In this document: piece by piece, positions 14,087-20,476 of the stretch | Position numbering within the stretch: the first letter of the stretch is position 1 | How the letters are laid out: every line of letters starts with the position of its first letter | Assembly (NCBI GenBank): GCA_044229145.1 | Contig: JBGATO010000062.1 | Coordinates: 1-20,476 of the forward strand | Source: Candidatus Eiseniibacteriota bacterium | Lineage (GTDB): Bacteria; Eisenbacteria; RBG-16-71-46; CAZEPH01 | DNA: 20,476 nt | Reading direction: 5' to 3' | Made by a program: the position numbers and the translations under genes | Notes under the pieces: model-generated | The model's input: the letters and a program-made list of their open reading frames with translations, nothing else | Told to the model about the DNA's origin: nothing | Database searches by the model: none

Positions 14087-14583
14087 ACGTCCTCCGCGAG
14101 GAAGGCGTCGAGCACCTTCTCGGCGGCGAGGTACGCCTCGTAGGCCGCCGCGCGCCGCGTGATCAGCGTGAGCATCCGGTCGCCTTCGTACGCCCCGGAA
14201 CCCGCCGCCACCGCGTTGACGTAGGTATCGAACGCGGTGTAGGCGTCGTCCCAGGCGCGCCGCGTCTCGTGGTACGCCGCGCGCAGCTCCTTCTCGCGCG
14301 TCACGCGCGACGCCTTGAGCGCCCGGCGGCCGTCGAAGCCGCGCTTGAGCGCGGCGATGATCGCGTCGTCCTTCTCTTCAGAACGCACCGCGACGCCGAA
14401 GAAGAGGATCTCGATGCGCGGGAACGGGTCGCCGCCGCCGACGATGCCGCGGTCGAGGTCGGCGCCGGCCTCGTCGAGCGAGCCAGCGGTGGTCTCGACC
14501 ACTTCGGTCGAGGTCTCGTCGTTGGGGTCGTGCCAGATCTTGGCCTTGATGACGTAGAGCTTGTCGGGGGTGTTCTCGTTCAT
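14083..14583 (-). CDS. Hypothetical protein (166 aa)
   Basis: ATGA and GTGA coupling on both sides. Confidence 0.75.
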   Translation of the reverse strand: MNENTPDKLYVIKAKIWHDPNDETSTEVVETTAGSLDEAGADLDRGIVGGGDPFPRIEILFFGVAVRSEEKDDAIIAALKRGFDGRRALKASRVTREKELRAAYHETRRAWDDAYTAFDTYVNAVAAGSGAYEGDRMLTLITRRAAAYEAYLAAEKVLDAFLAEDV

Positions 14584-14999
14584 GGGTTCAGCGTCTCCAG
14601 TGTCTCGCGCAGCAGCTGCTCGACCTGGTTCGGTGTGAGCAACCGGTTGGCCGTGATCTCGATCTTCACCTCGTCGATGCCGACGCTGCGGCCCGTATGC
14701 GGGAACGCGAAGAAGAACACCTCGTGCTGCTGATCACCGTCGGTGTCGAAGTGGAAGCCGTGCGCGAGGTCGTAGTCCCAGTGATAGCCGGACGCCGCGA
14801 CGCGGCTGGTGTGTCGTTCGAGCGGCTTGTCGGCCAGCTTGGCGCAGAGCTTACCCAACTTGGTCGAGATGCTCGTCGCCAGCTCCTGCAACGCGGGCTT
14901 CTCGTTTCGCGGCACGGGGCGCGGCACGCACAGCCGTGCCGACGCGTTGCGGACGATGCCGAGAGACACCGAGACCTTCAGGTCGTTGGGGCTCATCAT
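14580..14999 (-). CDS. Hypothetical protein (139 aa)
   Basis: ATG 14999 in an ATGA overlap, AAGGAAAGG upstream. Confidence 0.7.
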   Translation of the reverse strand: MMSPNDLKVSVSLGIVRNASARLCVPRPVPRNEKPALQELATSISTKLGKLCAKLADKPLERHTSRVAASGYHWDYDLAHGFHFDTDGDQQHEVFFFAFPHTGRSVGIDEVKIEITANRLLTPNQVEQLLRETLETLNP

Positions 15000-15286
15000 C
15001 GGTAGACCTTTCCTTTGGGTGTCACGGCTTTCACCGCGGCACGAAAGCGCCAGACGCCAACAAGCCAGCGGATCCCGCGCACGACGAACCGCGGCGCGAG
15101 GACGAGGCCGGCGTAGACCGGCAGGCACAGCCAGGTGAGCGGCCACGCCCAGGCGAAGATCTTCGAGTCGGCGGCGTCCCACCTGAAGACGCGCACGAAG
15201 ATCCAGCGCGACAGCTCGGCGGTGCAGCCGTAGGCGAACAGGCAGCCCATGACGAGGGCGACGATCTTGAGAACGAGCGAGACCAT
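14996..15286 (-). CDS. Small membrane protein, about 2 TM segments (96 aa)
   Basis: AGGAGG SD; hydrophobic LVLKIVALVMGCLFAYG and IFAWAWPLTWLCLPVYAGLVLA. Confidence 0.75.
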   Translation of the reverse strand: MVSLVLKIVALVMGCLFAYGCTAELSRWIFVRVFRWDAADSKIFAWAWPLTWLCLPVYAGLVLAPRFVVRGIRWLVGVWRFRAAVKAVTPKGKVYR

Positions 15287-15328
15287 GCGGACCTCCTATA
15301 GAAAAAACAACGGTTTAGCTGTTTCAGC

Positions 15329-15341
15329 TTTACAGCGCGGC
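15329..15341. promoter_or_regulatory. Palindromic motif half-site (GCTTTACAGCG) in the AT-rich leader of the 15286 gene
   Basis: Reverse complement CGCTGTAAAGC is identical to 4234-4244; lies just downstream of a - strand TTGACA at 15343-15348. Confidence 0.5.
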
Positions 15342-15344
15342 CTG

Positions 15345-16268
15345 TCAAAGAGAGGTGGTGGGCGCGGCTACCGTCGCCTCGCGCGCAACGGCACGCGCTA
15401 CCACCGCCGCCAGCCAATCACGAAAGGCTGTCGCTGACTTTGTGCCCTTTGCGCGATTACAGAACTCACAACACGCAACGCAATTACCGACCACGTAGCC
15501 TTGTTTATTGTCTACGCGGTCTAGCCCGTTGACAGGCTTCTTTGTTCCGTATTGATATCTAACGGTGGGCGGCGCTCCACAATAAGAACAAGTGTTTGAG
15601 GCTATCGCGTCAAACTCTTCGCGTGTAAGGTCGAAGGCGTATCCGCGTTGTTTAGCGCCGTGGCGGTACGCGGTAAACATGGAGCGCCCATCGAAGTGAC
15701 TCGTGCACCCGCAGCTTCGCAATGATCGCGCAGCGGGCACCCGCTTTTCCAATACACGCCCGCAGTCGCACTTAAAAGTGCCCCACGGGGCGTAGCCTCC
15801 GTCTACGTGTCGAAGGCTAAGAAGCACCAGCTTTCCGTATCGACGACCCGGCACGTGCGTCGAACGTGCGTGTTTGAATTCTTCTTTGAAGCAGCCGCAA
15901 CTAACGGACGCGCGCGACTTCAATGTAGACAGTATGACATCTCTTACCGTGCCGCATTGACATTCCGCGGTCACGTAACGAACAAGAAAGTTGCCTTTAG
16001 TCGTACGGCGGCTAGGCAATTCTTTCGTTACACACCAGCGCCCGTACCTCCGCCCGACCTCCGTCGTTCGACGCGCGATTGCCTTTTCCGCGGCTATACA
16101 GCCACAACTGGCAGACCTGCCGCACAGTAACGTGCGGAATATTACGTCGCGAATAGTACCACACGTACACCGGCAGCGCACGATACGGTTCTCGTTACGC
16201 ACGCCGACATATTCCAGCACCGTCCATCGACCGTATTGCACGCCGGGAGTAATAGTAACGCGCGACAT
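15345..16268 (-). CDS. HNH-type homing endonuclease with three Cys-rich N-terminal repeats (307 aa)
   Basis: Three repeats G..YG+...CxCG...SCGC; C-terminal CSYCG...NGLDRVDNKQGYVVGNCVACCEFCNRAK; markedly lower GC. Confidence 0.88.
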   Translation of the reverse strand: MSRVTITPGVQYGRWTVLEYVGVRNENRIVRCRCTCGTIRDVIFRTLLCGRSASCGCIAAEKAIARRTTEVGRRYGRWCVTKELPSRRTTKGNFLVRYVTAECQCGTVRDVILSTLKSRASVSCGCFKEEFKHARSTHVPGRRYGKLVLLSLRHVDGGYAPWGTFKCDCGRVLEKRVPAARSLRSCGCTSHFDGRSMFTAYRHGAKQRGYAFDLTREEFDAIASNTCSYCGAPPTVRYQYGTKKPVNGLDRVDNKQGYVVGNCVACCEFCNRAKGTKSATAFRDWLAAVVARAVAREATVAAPTTSL

Positions 16269-16269
16269 C

Positions 16270-16953
16270 TTATATCCTTTGTTCGATGAACGGCGATAGG
16301 CGCTTCAGCGCCTCGCGGCGCTCGTCGGGTTCGAGGCCGTAGCGCAGCGCCAGCGCCACGTCGAGGTGCGCCACGCGGGCCGACCGGCCGTTGTCGGCCA
16401 GCCACGCGCGCAGCCCGGGGCCGAGCGACCAGCCGTAGCGCTGGCAGAGCGCGGCCGTCTTGGCGACGATCGCGGTGGGGAAGATGCGCGACGGGTTGAC
16501 GACGTCGAGCACGCCGGACGCCAGCGTCGCGGCCAGGCCGCCGTCGTGCAGCACGCCGTCGTCGAGCGTGACGAGGGCCGCGTCGGCGCTGAGCGTCGGC
16601 GTCAGCGGCCACCGCGCGAACGTGGCCGGCCCGGCCACCTCGCCCTTGGCGAAGGCGTGGGTGCCGCTCAGCGGCCAGACGTCGACGCCCACGCCGCCGA
16701 CGTGTACAGTGTAACCTCCGAAGCGCGTCGTCTCGACGGGGTAGGCCTGCAGCAGCCGCGGCAGCTGCCAGTCGGGCACGTCGACCATGAAGTCGAGGTC
16801 GCGCGGCGCCCGCCCCGTCGCCCAGTCCCGCACCGCGCCGCCCACCACGGCGACACGGCCCGCGCCTTCGAGGACCTTGAGCAAGGCATGCAGGTCCTCG
16901 TTCTCGATCCGCGCCACGTCGACCCGGTAACGGACGGCTGCTCCGGTGATCAT
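16270..16953 (-). CDS. Divergent nucleotidyltransferase, polyA-polymerase/CCA head-domain type (227 aa)
   Basis: VVGGAVRD...PRDLDF, TRFGGY, VDVW; ATG 16953 follows the upstream TAA (ATG 16977 is an alternative). Confidence 0.82.
   Translation of the reverse strand: MITGAAVRYRVDVARIENEDLHALLKVLEGAGRVAVVGGAVRDWATGRAPRDLDFMVDVPDWQLPRLLQAYPVETTRFGGYTVHVGGVGVDVWPLSGTHAFAKGEVAGPATFARWPLTPTLSADAALVTLDDGVLHDGGLAATLASGVLDVVNPSRIFPTAIVAKTAALCQRYGWSLGPGLRAWLADNGRSARVAHLDVALALRYGLEPDERREALKRLSPFIEQRI
16703..16715. promoter_or_regulatory. Palindromic motif copy, intragenic (TGTACAGTGTAAC)
   Basis: Encoded by GGT TAC ACT GTA CAC. Confidence 0.6.
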
Positions 16954-16954
16954 C

Positions 16955-17437
16955 TTAGCCGTATCTTGCAATGACATAACGCCGGAGCGCAAGCCAATCC
17001 TCGTCGTCGAGGTCGACGCCGGCGTCGGTGCCCGGCGGCAGCGGCGTGACGTAGGCCGCGACGTAGCACACATCACCGCCGCCGGTGAAGCTGACCGCCG
17101 GCGCCAGGCCCAGACCGCCCAGCGCGCCCAGCGTCTCGACGTCCTCGGCCGTGAGGTCGCAGTCGTCGATCAGCGCGTCGAACTGCTTCTGGGTGAGCGT
17201 GCCGACGTACTTGCGATGCTTCTCGCCGTCGAGATCGGCGCACTCGTCACCCTCCGTGCACTTGAGCTTGGCGAGGACGCTGCGCCGCGGCTGGGAGCAG
17301 ACGATGGAGCAGTCCGGTGCGGCGTTGCAGTCGAGGATCAGCTCGTAGCGCAGGCCCTTGAGCTCGACCTCGTTGCCCGCTTCGTCGAAGTAGGCCTTGG
17401 CGTGGGGGTTCCACGTCAGGCCGTCGAATAGACCCAT
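16955..17437 (-). CDS. Hypothetical protein (160 aa)
   Basis: GC-ending codons; tight packing with neighbours. Confidence 0.75.
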   Translation of the reverse strand: MGLFDGLTWNPHAKAYFDEAGNEVELKGLRYELILDCNAAPDCSIVCSQPRRSVLAKLKCTEGDECADLDGEKHRKYVGTLTQKQFDALIDDCDLTAEDVETLGALGGLGLAPAVSFTGGGDVCYVAAYVTPLPPGTDAGVDLDDEDWLALRRYVIARYG

Positions 17438-17440
17438 CGG

Positions 17441-17683
17441 CTACTCGTGCCTCGGTGGGACCTGCGGCACGTCGATCGGATGAAACGTGTCGAAGAGTTC
17501 ATCGAAGAAGGCCTCCTTCCGGGTCCCGTCTTCGATCTCGACGACGTAGCGGTCCTCGCACGCCGGATCTCGAACGTAGCCGACGATCTTGAACGTATTC
17601 CCGTGCCCAGCCTCGCCGCCGAAGTGCGTGTTCATGAGCCGCGAGCGCAGCGGAAACATCTTGGTGTTGGCGTCAACCTTCAT
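17441..17683 (-). CDS. Hypothetical protein (80 aa)
   Basis: GGAGG SD; TGATG overlap. Confidence 0.75.
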   Translation of the reverse strand: MKVDANTKMFPLRSRLMNTHFGGEAGHGNTFKIVGYVRDPACEDRYVVEIEDGTRKEAFFDELFDTFHPIDVPQVPPRHE

Positions 17684-18015
17684 CAGTCGTGTTCCTCCAT
17701 GTAGTGGTCGTGCGCCTCGGTCAGCAGGTCCTCGAATTCGAGGCCCTTGCCGTGCGCCCAGTGCATCAGGTCCGCGAGCAGGTCGACGAGGATCACGTCG
17801 GCGTAGTTCGGCGCCAACGGCTCCGGCGACGCGTTCGTCTTGACGAAGTACTCGGCCAGGGCGTGGGCCGCGCAGTCCGCGTTGGCGTGCGGCGCCGGGC
17901 CGTCGACGGCCATGTCCCAGCCACGGGGCAGTGGCGCGGGGTACGTCGAGAGGACGGCGTAGGCCTGGCGGACGCGCTGCGAACGCTTAGCGGACTTGTT
18001 TGCGCGCTTCTTCAT
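17683..18015 (-). CDS. Hypothetical phage protein with DLLADLMH helix (about 110 aa, start uncertain)
   Basis: C-terminal ILVDLLADLMHWAH...AHDHYMEE; ATG 18015 preferred, a later ATG (MAVDG) is possible. Confidence 0.65.
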   Translation of the reverse strand: MKKRANKSAKRSQRVRQAYAVLSTYPAPLPRGWDMAVDGPAPHANADCAAHALAEYFVKTNASPEPLAPNYADVILVDLLADLMHWAHGKGLEFEDLLTEAHDHYMEEHD

Positions 18016-18187
18016 GTTGAGCCTTTTCGTCTTTCCACTGCCGGCCGGCTGCGCAGTTCTTGGGGCACGGGACATGTAAAACACGCCCGACCTTGTGTTT
18101 ACGTCCTGGGTGTTCGAACTCGGACGTATACCCCTGGTCGCCGCACTTGGCACAGAGCGGCTTGCGGGCCTTGTGTGACGCGCCCAT
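17987..18187 (-). CDS. Small basic Zn-ribbon-like protein (66 aa)
   Basis: CAKC...CPKNC; ATG directly after the upstream TAG. Confidence 0.65.
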   Translation of the reverse strand: MGASHKARKPLCAKCGDQGYTSEFEHPGRKHKVGRVLHVPCPKNCAAGRQWKDEKAQHEEARKQVR

Positions 18188-18418
18188 CTACGTTACCAGC
18201 CAGAGGATGTGCGTCGCCCCAGGCGGGGCATCAGTCTCGGAGAAACGTTTCATGTCTACTTCCGGTGACGTCCAATATCCATCCACCGTGGCAAAGTAGC
18301 CGACCCCGCCGGGGGACAGACGTCCGGCGGCGTGTTCGCGTTGGAGCTGCTGAATCGTCCACAGCCCGCCCATGTTCGGGAGCGGCGAGTGGAACCGAGG
18401 CACGTCTCGCGTCGTCAT
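18188..18418 (-). CDS. Hypothetical protein (76 aa)
   Basis: AGGTGGAG upstream; ATGA overlap. Confidence 0.65.
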   Translation of the reverse strand: MTTRDVPRFHSPLPNMGGLWTIQQLQREHAAGRLSPGGVGYFATVDGYWTSPEVDMKRFSETDAPPGATHILWLVT

Positions 18419-18786
18419 GGCTCCACCTTATTCACAACGATCGGTTGGACCTTGCGGATCTCTGCATAGAAGCTGCTGACCGACCGGTTGAGATCGGCCA
18501 GCACATCCTCAGCCTCATGGACGTAGCCGCACTCGGGGAACGGCACGTCCTTCACCATCATGACGAACCCGTGGTTCGTCTTGTAGCAATGGCCGCTGTC
18601 GAACGCCACGTGGAGCTGCGGCCCTTCGTTGGGCACGTGCGCCAGCGAGACCCGCGTGATGTGCGGGTCGGCCTTCACGAGATCCTTCAGGAAGGCCTGC
18701 AGCTCGGCGATCCAGTCGGTCGTCAGGACACACTCTTCGAGCGCGTCCCGGGCGGCGAAGTAGTCGGCGAATGCCTGTGACTTCAC
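18415..18786 (-). CDS. Hypothetical protein (123 aa)
   Basis: GTG 18786, 1 nt after the upstream TGA, with GAGG SD. Confidence 0.7.
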   Translation of the reverse strand: MKSQAFADYFAARDALEECVLTTDWIAELQAFLKDLVKADPHITRVSLAHVPNEGPQLHVAFDSGHCYKTNHGFVMMVKDVPFPECGYVHEAEDVLADLNRSVSSFYAEIRKVQPIVVNKVEP

Positions 18787-18787
18787 G

Positions 18788-19033
18788 TCACGCCTCGATT
18801 CCGTTTTCGTCGACGGCCACGGCGACGTTCTCTTCGAACGGCGTCGGCGCGACGAGCGCGTCAACGGCGACGACCGTTTCGTCCGGAGACCCTTCGTAGT
18901 CCCAGTCGTCGGCGTGCTCCCAAACGTCTTCGCTGTCTGCGAACATCTCGGCAGCCGCCATGTTCGGGGCCTCTACAAAGACGTCACACGTCTCGACACA
19001 CCCGCGACGCAGTTGAACTTTGAAGTACGGCAT
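18788..19033 (-). CDS. Small acidic hypothetical protein (81 aa)
   Basis: GGAGG SD, TGATG overlap at 19033; D/E-rich. Confidence 0.7.
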   Translation of the reverse strand: MPYFKVQLRRGCVETCDVFVEAPNMAAAEMFADSEDVWEHADDWDYEGSPDETVVAVDALVAPTPFEENVAVAVDENGIEA

Positions 19034-19344
19034 CACGTACCCTCCCATAGCCGTTGTTGATCAATCCGTTCGGCGATGCGCCGGTCGAACCCGACGCACG
19101 CCTCGTCGCGCTCGCGCAGCGCCTCCTGCACGCGGCTCTGGAGGACGTGGCCGAGGCGCATCTTCAGGATGCCCAAGGCCTCGCTCACCGTCATCCCGAC
19201 CGCGAGGACCGGCAGCTCGTCGACCACGGCGCTGGCCGTGATCTCCGCCGTCCGCGCGTCCAGTTCCAGCTTGACGACGCGGTGCGCCCCGACGGCCTTC
19301 GACAGCCGCCGGCTGATCGCCCGGGCGTATTCGACGTCGGTCAT
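19033..19344 (-). CDS. Hypothetical protein with a HicB-like segment (103 aa)
   Basis: ATG 19344 in an ATGA overlap with GGAG SD; ASAVVDELPVLAVGMTVSEALGILK. Family call is tentative. Confidence 0.55.
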   Translation of the reverse strand: MTDVEYARAISRRLSKAVGAHRVVKLELDARTAEITASAVVDELPVLAVGMTVSEALGILKMRLGHVLQSRVQEALRERDEACVGFDRRIAERIDQQRLWEGT

Positions 19345-19898
19345 CGCGTCTCCAGGTGAAACGCCAGAAAGTCGTCGAGCCGCATCGGCGCGGGCGCCGT
19401 GCCCAGCCGCTCGACCGACGCGCAGAACGCCTTGGCCCGGATGGCCGCCGGCGTGTCCTCGCGGTGGTGGCCGGAGTGCAGGTGGCCGTGCAGCAGCACG
19501 TCGGCCTCGCGCGCCTCGGTCTCGGTGAACTCGTGCGGGTCGTGGCGGCAGACGATCCGGCCGTAGCGCGGGTGCTCGAACGCCAGCACGGCGTGCACCG
19601 CGAGCGGGCCGAGGTGCGCCCAGTGCTTGTGCCCGGGCGTCGGGTCGTGGTTGCCCCGGACGAGCGTGATCTCGCCGGTCAGCTGCGCGCGGTAGCCGGG
19701 CCACGCGGCCTTCGGCCCGAGCATGAAGTCGCCCAGGTGCAGGACGCGGTCGCCGGGCTTTACAGTGTCACGCCAGGCCGCGATCATGGTCGCCGACATG
19801 GCCGGCGCGTCGGCGCCCCAGGCCAGGCGCATCGGCTCGTACTCCAGAATTCGGACGTGGCCGAAGTGAGTGTCCGAAATTAGCCAAGAGAATTGCAC
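19341..19898 (-). CDS. Calcineurin-like metallophosphoesterase (about 185 aa)
   Basis: SDTHFGH, HLGD, RGNHD, HDP, LHGHLH; GTG 19898 (TTG 19907 is an alternative). Confidence 0.92.
   Translation of the reverse strand: MQFSWLISDTHFGHVRILEYEPMRLAWGADAPAMSATMIAAWRDTVKPGDRVLHLGDFMLGPKAAWPGYRAQLTGEITLVRGNHDPTPGHKHWAHLGPLAVHAVLAFEHPRYGRIVCRHDPHEFTETEAREADVLLHGHLHSGHHREDTPAAIRAKAFCASVERLGTAPAPMRLDDFLAFHLETR
19759..19771. promoter_or_regulatory. Palindromic motif copy, intragenic (TTTACAGTGTCAC)
   Basis: Encoded by CGT GAC ACT GTA AAG. Confidence 0.6.
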
Positions 19899-19900
19899 AG

Positions 19901-20476
19901 TTACCAACCTTTCTCGGTGAGGTGTCGGTGAATCTTACGAACCCACGCCCTAAAAGCATCGAGGCCCATAGACAGTTTCGCGCGGTTGCAAGCAGTACAC
20001 GCGGTAACTACATTCCCGCTTATATAGCCCTTATCGCTGTCAACACGGTCAATACCGTTATACACCAGCGTCTTAAAACGCGGCGTTGGTGCTGTATTAC
20101 GGGTAGCGTAATGAACGATCGCGGTGTGCTCTTCAGGGCGCGCTCCGCAGTAGTAACAGTCACTACCCAGCAAGCGGGTGAACTCGTCGCTCGTGAGCGC
20201 CCAACTGACACCACGCACGGCGGCGTTTCGCCGGTAATATGACAGCACCTTTCCGTGCGTCGGGTGATTCTTAGTAGCCAAGCCTGCCCGTGCTCGTTCG
20301 ATTCGAGCGCACCCGCAGCTAACAACTTTTCGGTGTTGAAGCTGCCAGCTCGGAGTAACGATGGTGTTACCGCAGTCGCACGAACACTTCCACCACCAGC
20401 CAGTCTTTCCTTCACGTCGAACACGCTCTTTCGCGGTTAAGCGCCCGTATCGTACTCCTTTAATGTCGACTTGTTT
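19901..20476 (-). CDS. HNH-type homing endonuclease, 5'-truncated by the window edge; same family as 15345..16268
   Basis: Frame open to 20476 (KQVDIKGVRYGRLT...KCSCDCG...SCGC); CYYCG...NGIDRVDSDKGYISGNVVTACTACNRAK; low GC. Confidence 0.88.
   Translation of the reverse strand, partial: KQVDIKGVRYGRLTAKERVRREGKTGWWWKCSCDCGNTIVTPSWQLQHRKVVSCGCARIERARAGLATKNHPTHGKVLSYYRRNAAVRGVSWALTSDEFTRLLGSDCYYCGARPEEHTAIVHYATRNTAPTPRFKTLVYNGIDRVDSDKGYISGNVVTACTACNRAKLSMGLDAFRAWVRKIHRHLTEKGW

Noticed and set aside
15665..15677. Additional palindrome-like copy GGTACGCGGTAAA
   Set aside because: Lies in the lower-GC endonuclease gene where chance matches are more likely; not counted.
16270..16953. Naming the nucleotidyltransferase cca or pcnB
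   Set aside because: RRD and EDxxR motifs and the C-terminal domains are missing.
1697..19771. Palindrome as a LexA box, true matS or CRISPR repeat
   Set aside because: Does not fit CTGT-N8-ACAG or GAAC-N4-GTTC; outer bases differ from matS; copies are dispersed with no spacer array.
1..20476. Diversity-generating retroelement or CRISPR array
   Set aside because: No reverse transcriptase, no adenine-variant repeat pair and no regularly spaced direct repeats seen.

Overview
High-GC (about 70% by eye), gene-dense DNA that reads as part of a large tailed-phage or prophage genome; there is no hallmark capsid, terminase or integrase gene in the window, so this is inferred. 1-6.4 kb is mostly + strand virion-type genes (two Gly-rich paralogs, a Cys-rich lipoprotein, a collagen-repeat fibre protein, an HExxH protein, a sheath-like domain protein, an HNH). 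6.4-20.5 kb is mostly a - strand run of small, tightly coupled genes including a multidomain HIT hydrolase, peptide deformylase, a SAM-dependent methyltransferase, a divergent polyA-polymerase/CCA-type nucleotidyltransferase, a metallophosphoesterase and three more HNH-type endonucleases of lower GC. The non-coding signals are the most interesting: (i) at least nine genes have a TAnnnT -10 box 5-8 nt before ATG, so they are probably leaderless; (ii) a ~118-nt - strand RNA bounded by its own promoter and terminator (about 11715-11832) carries anti-Shine-Dalgarno and anti-AUG sequence complementary to neighbouring leadered genes; (iii) a 13-bp palindrome TTTAC-RCN-GTAAA occurs about nine times, at promoters and inside genes; (iv) a + strand HNH cassette is bounded by a 14-bp direct repeat with the palindrome just inside each end. 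No tRNA, rRNA or CRISPR array was seen. All protein calls come from motifs read by eye, not from database searches.
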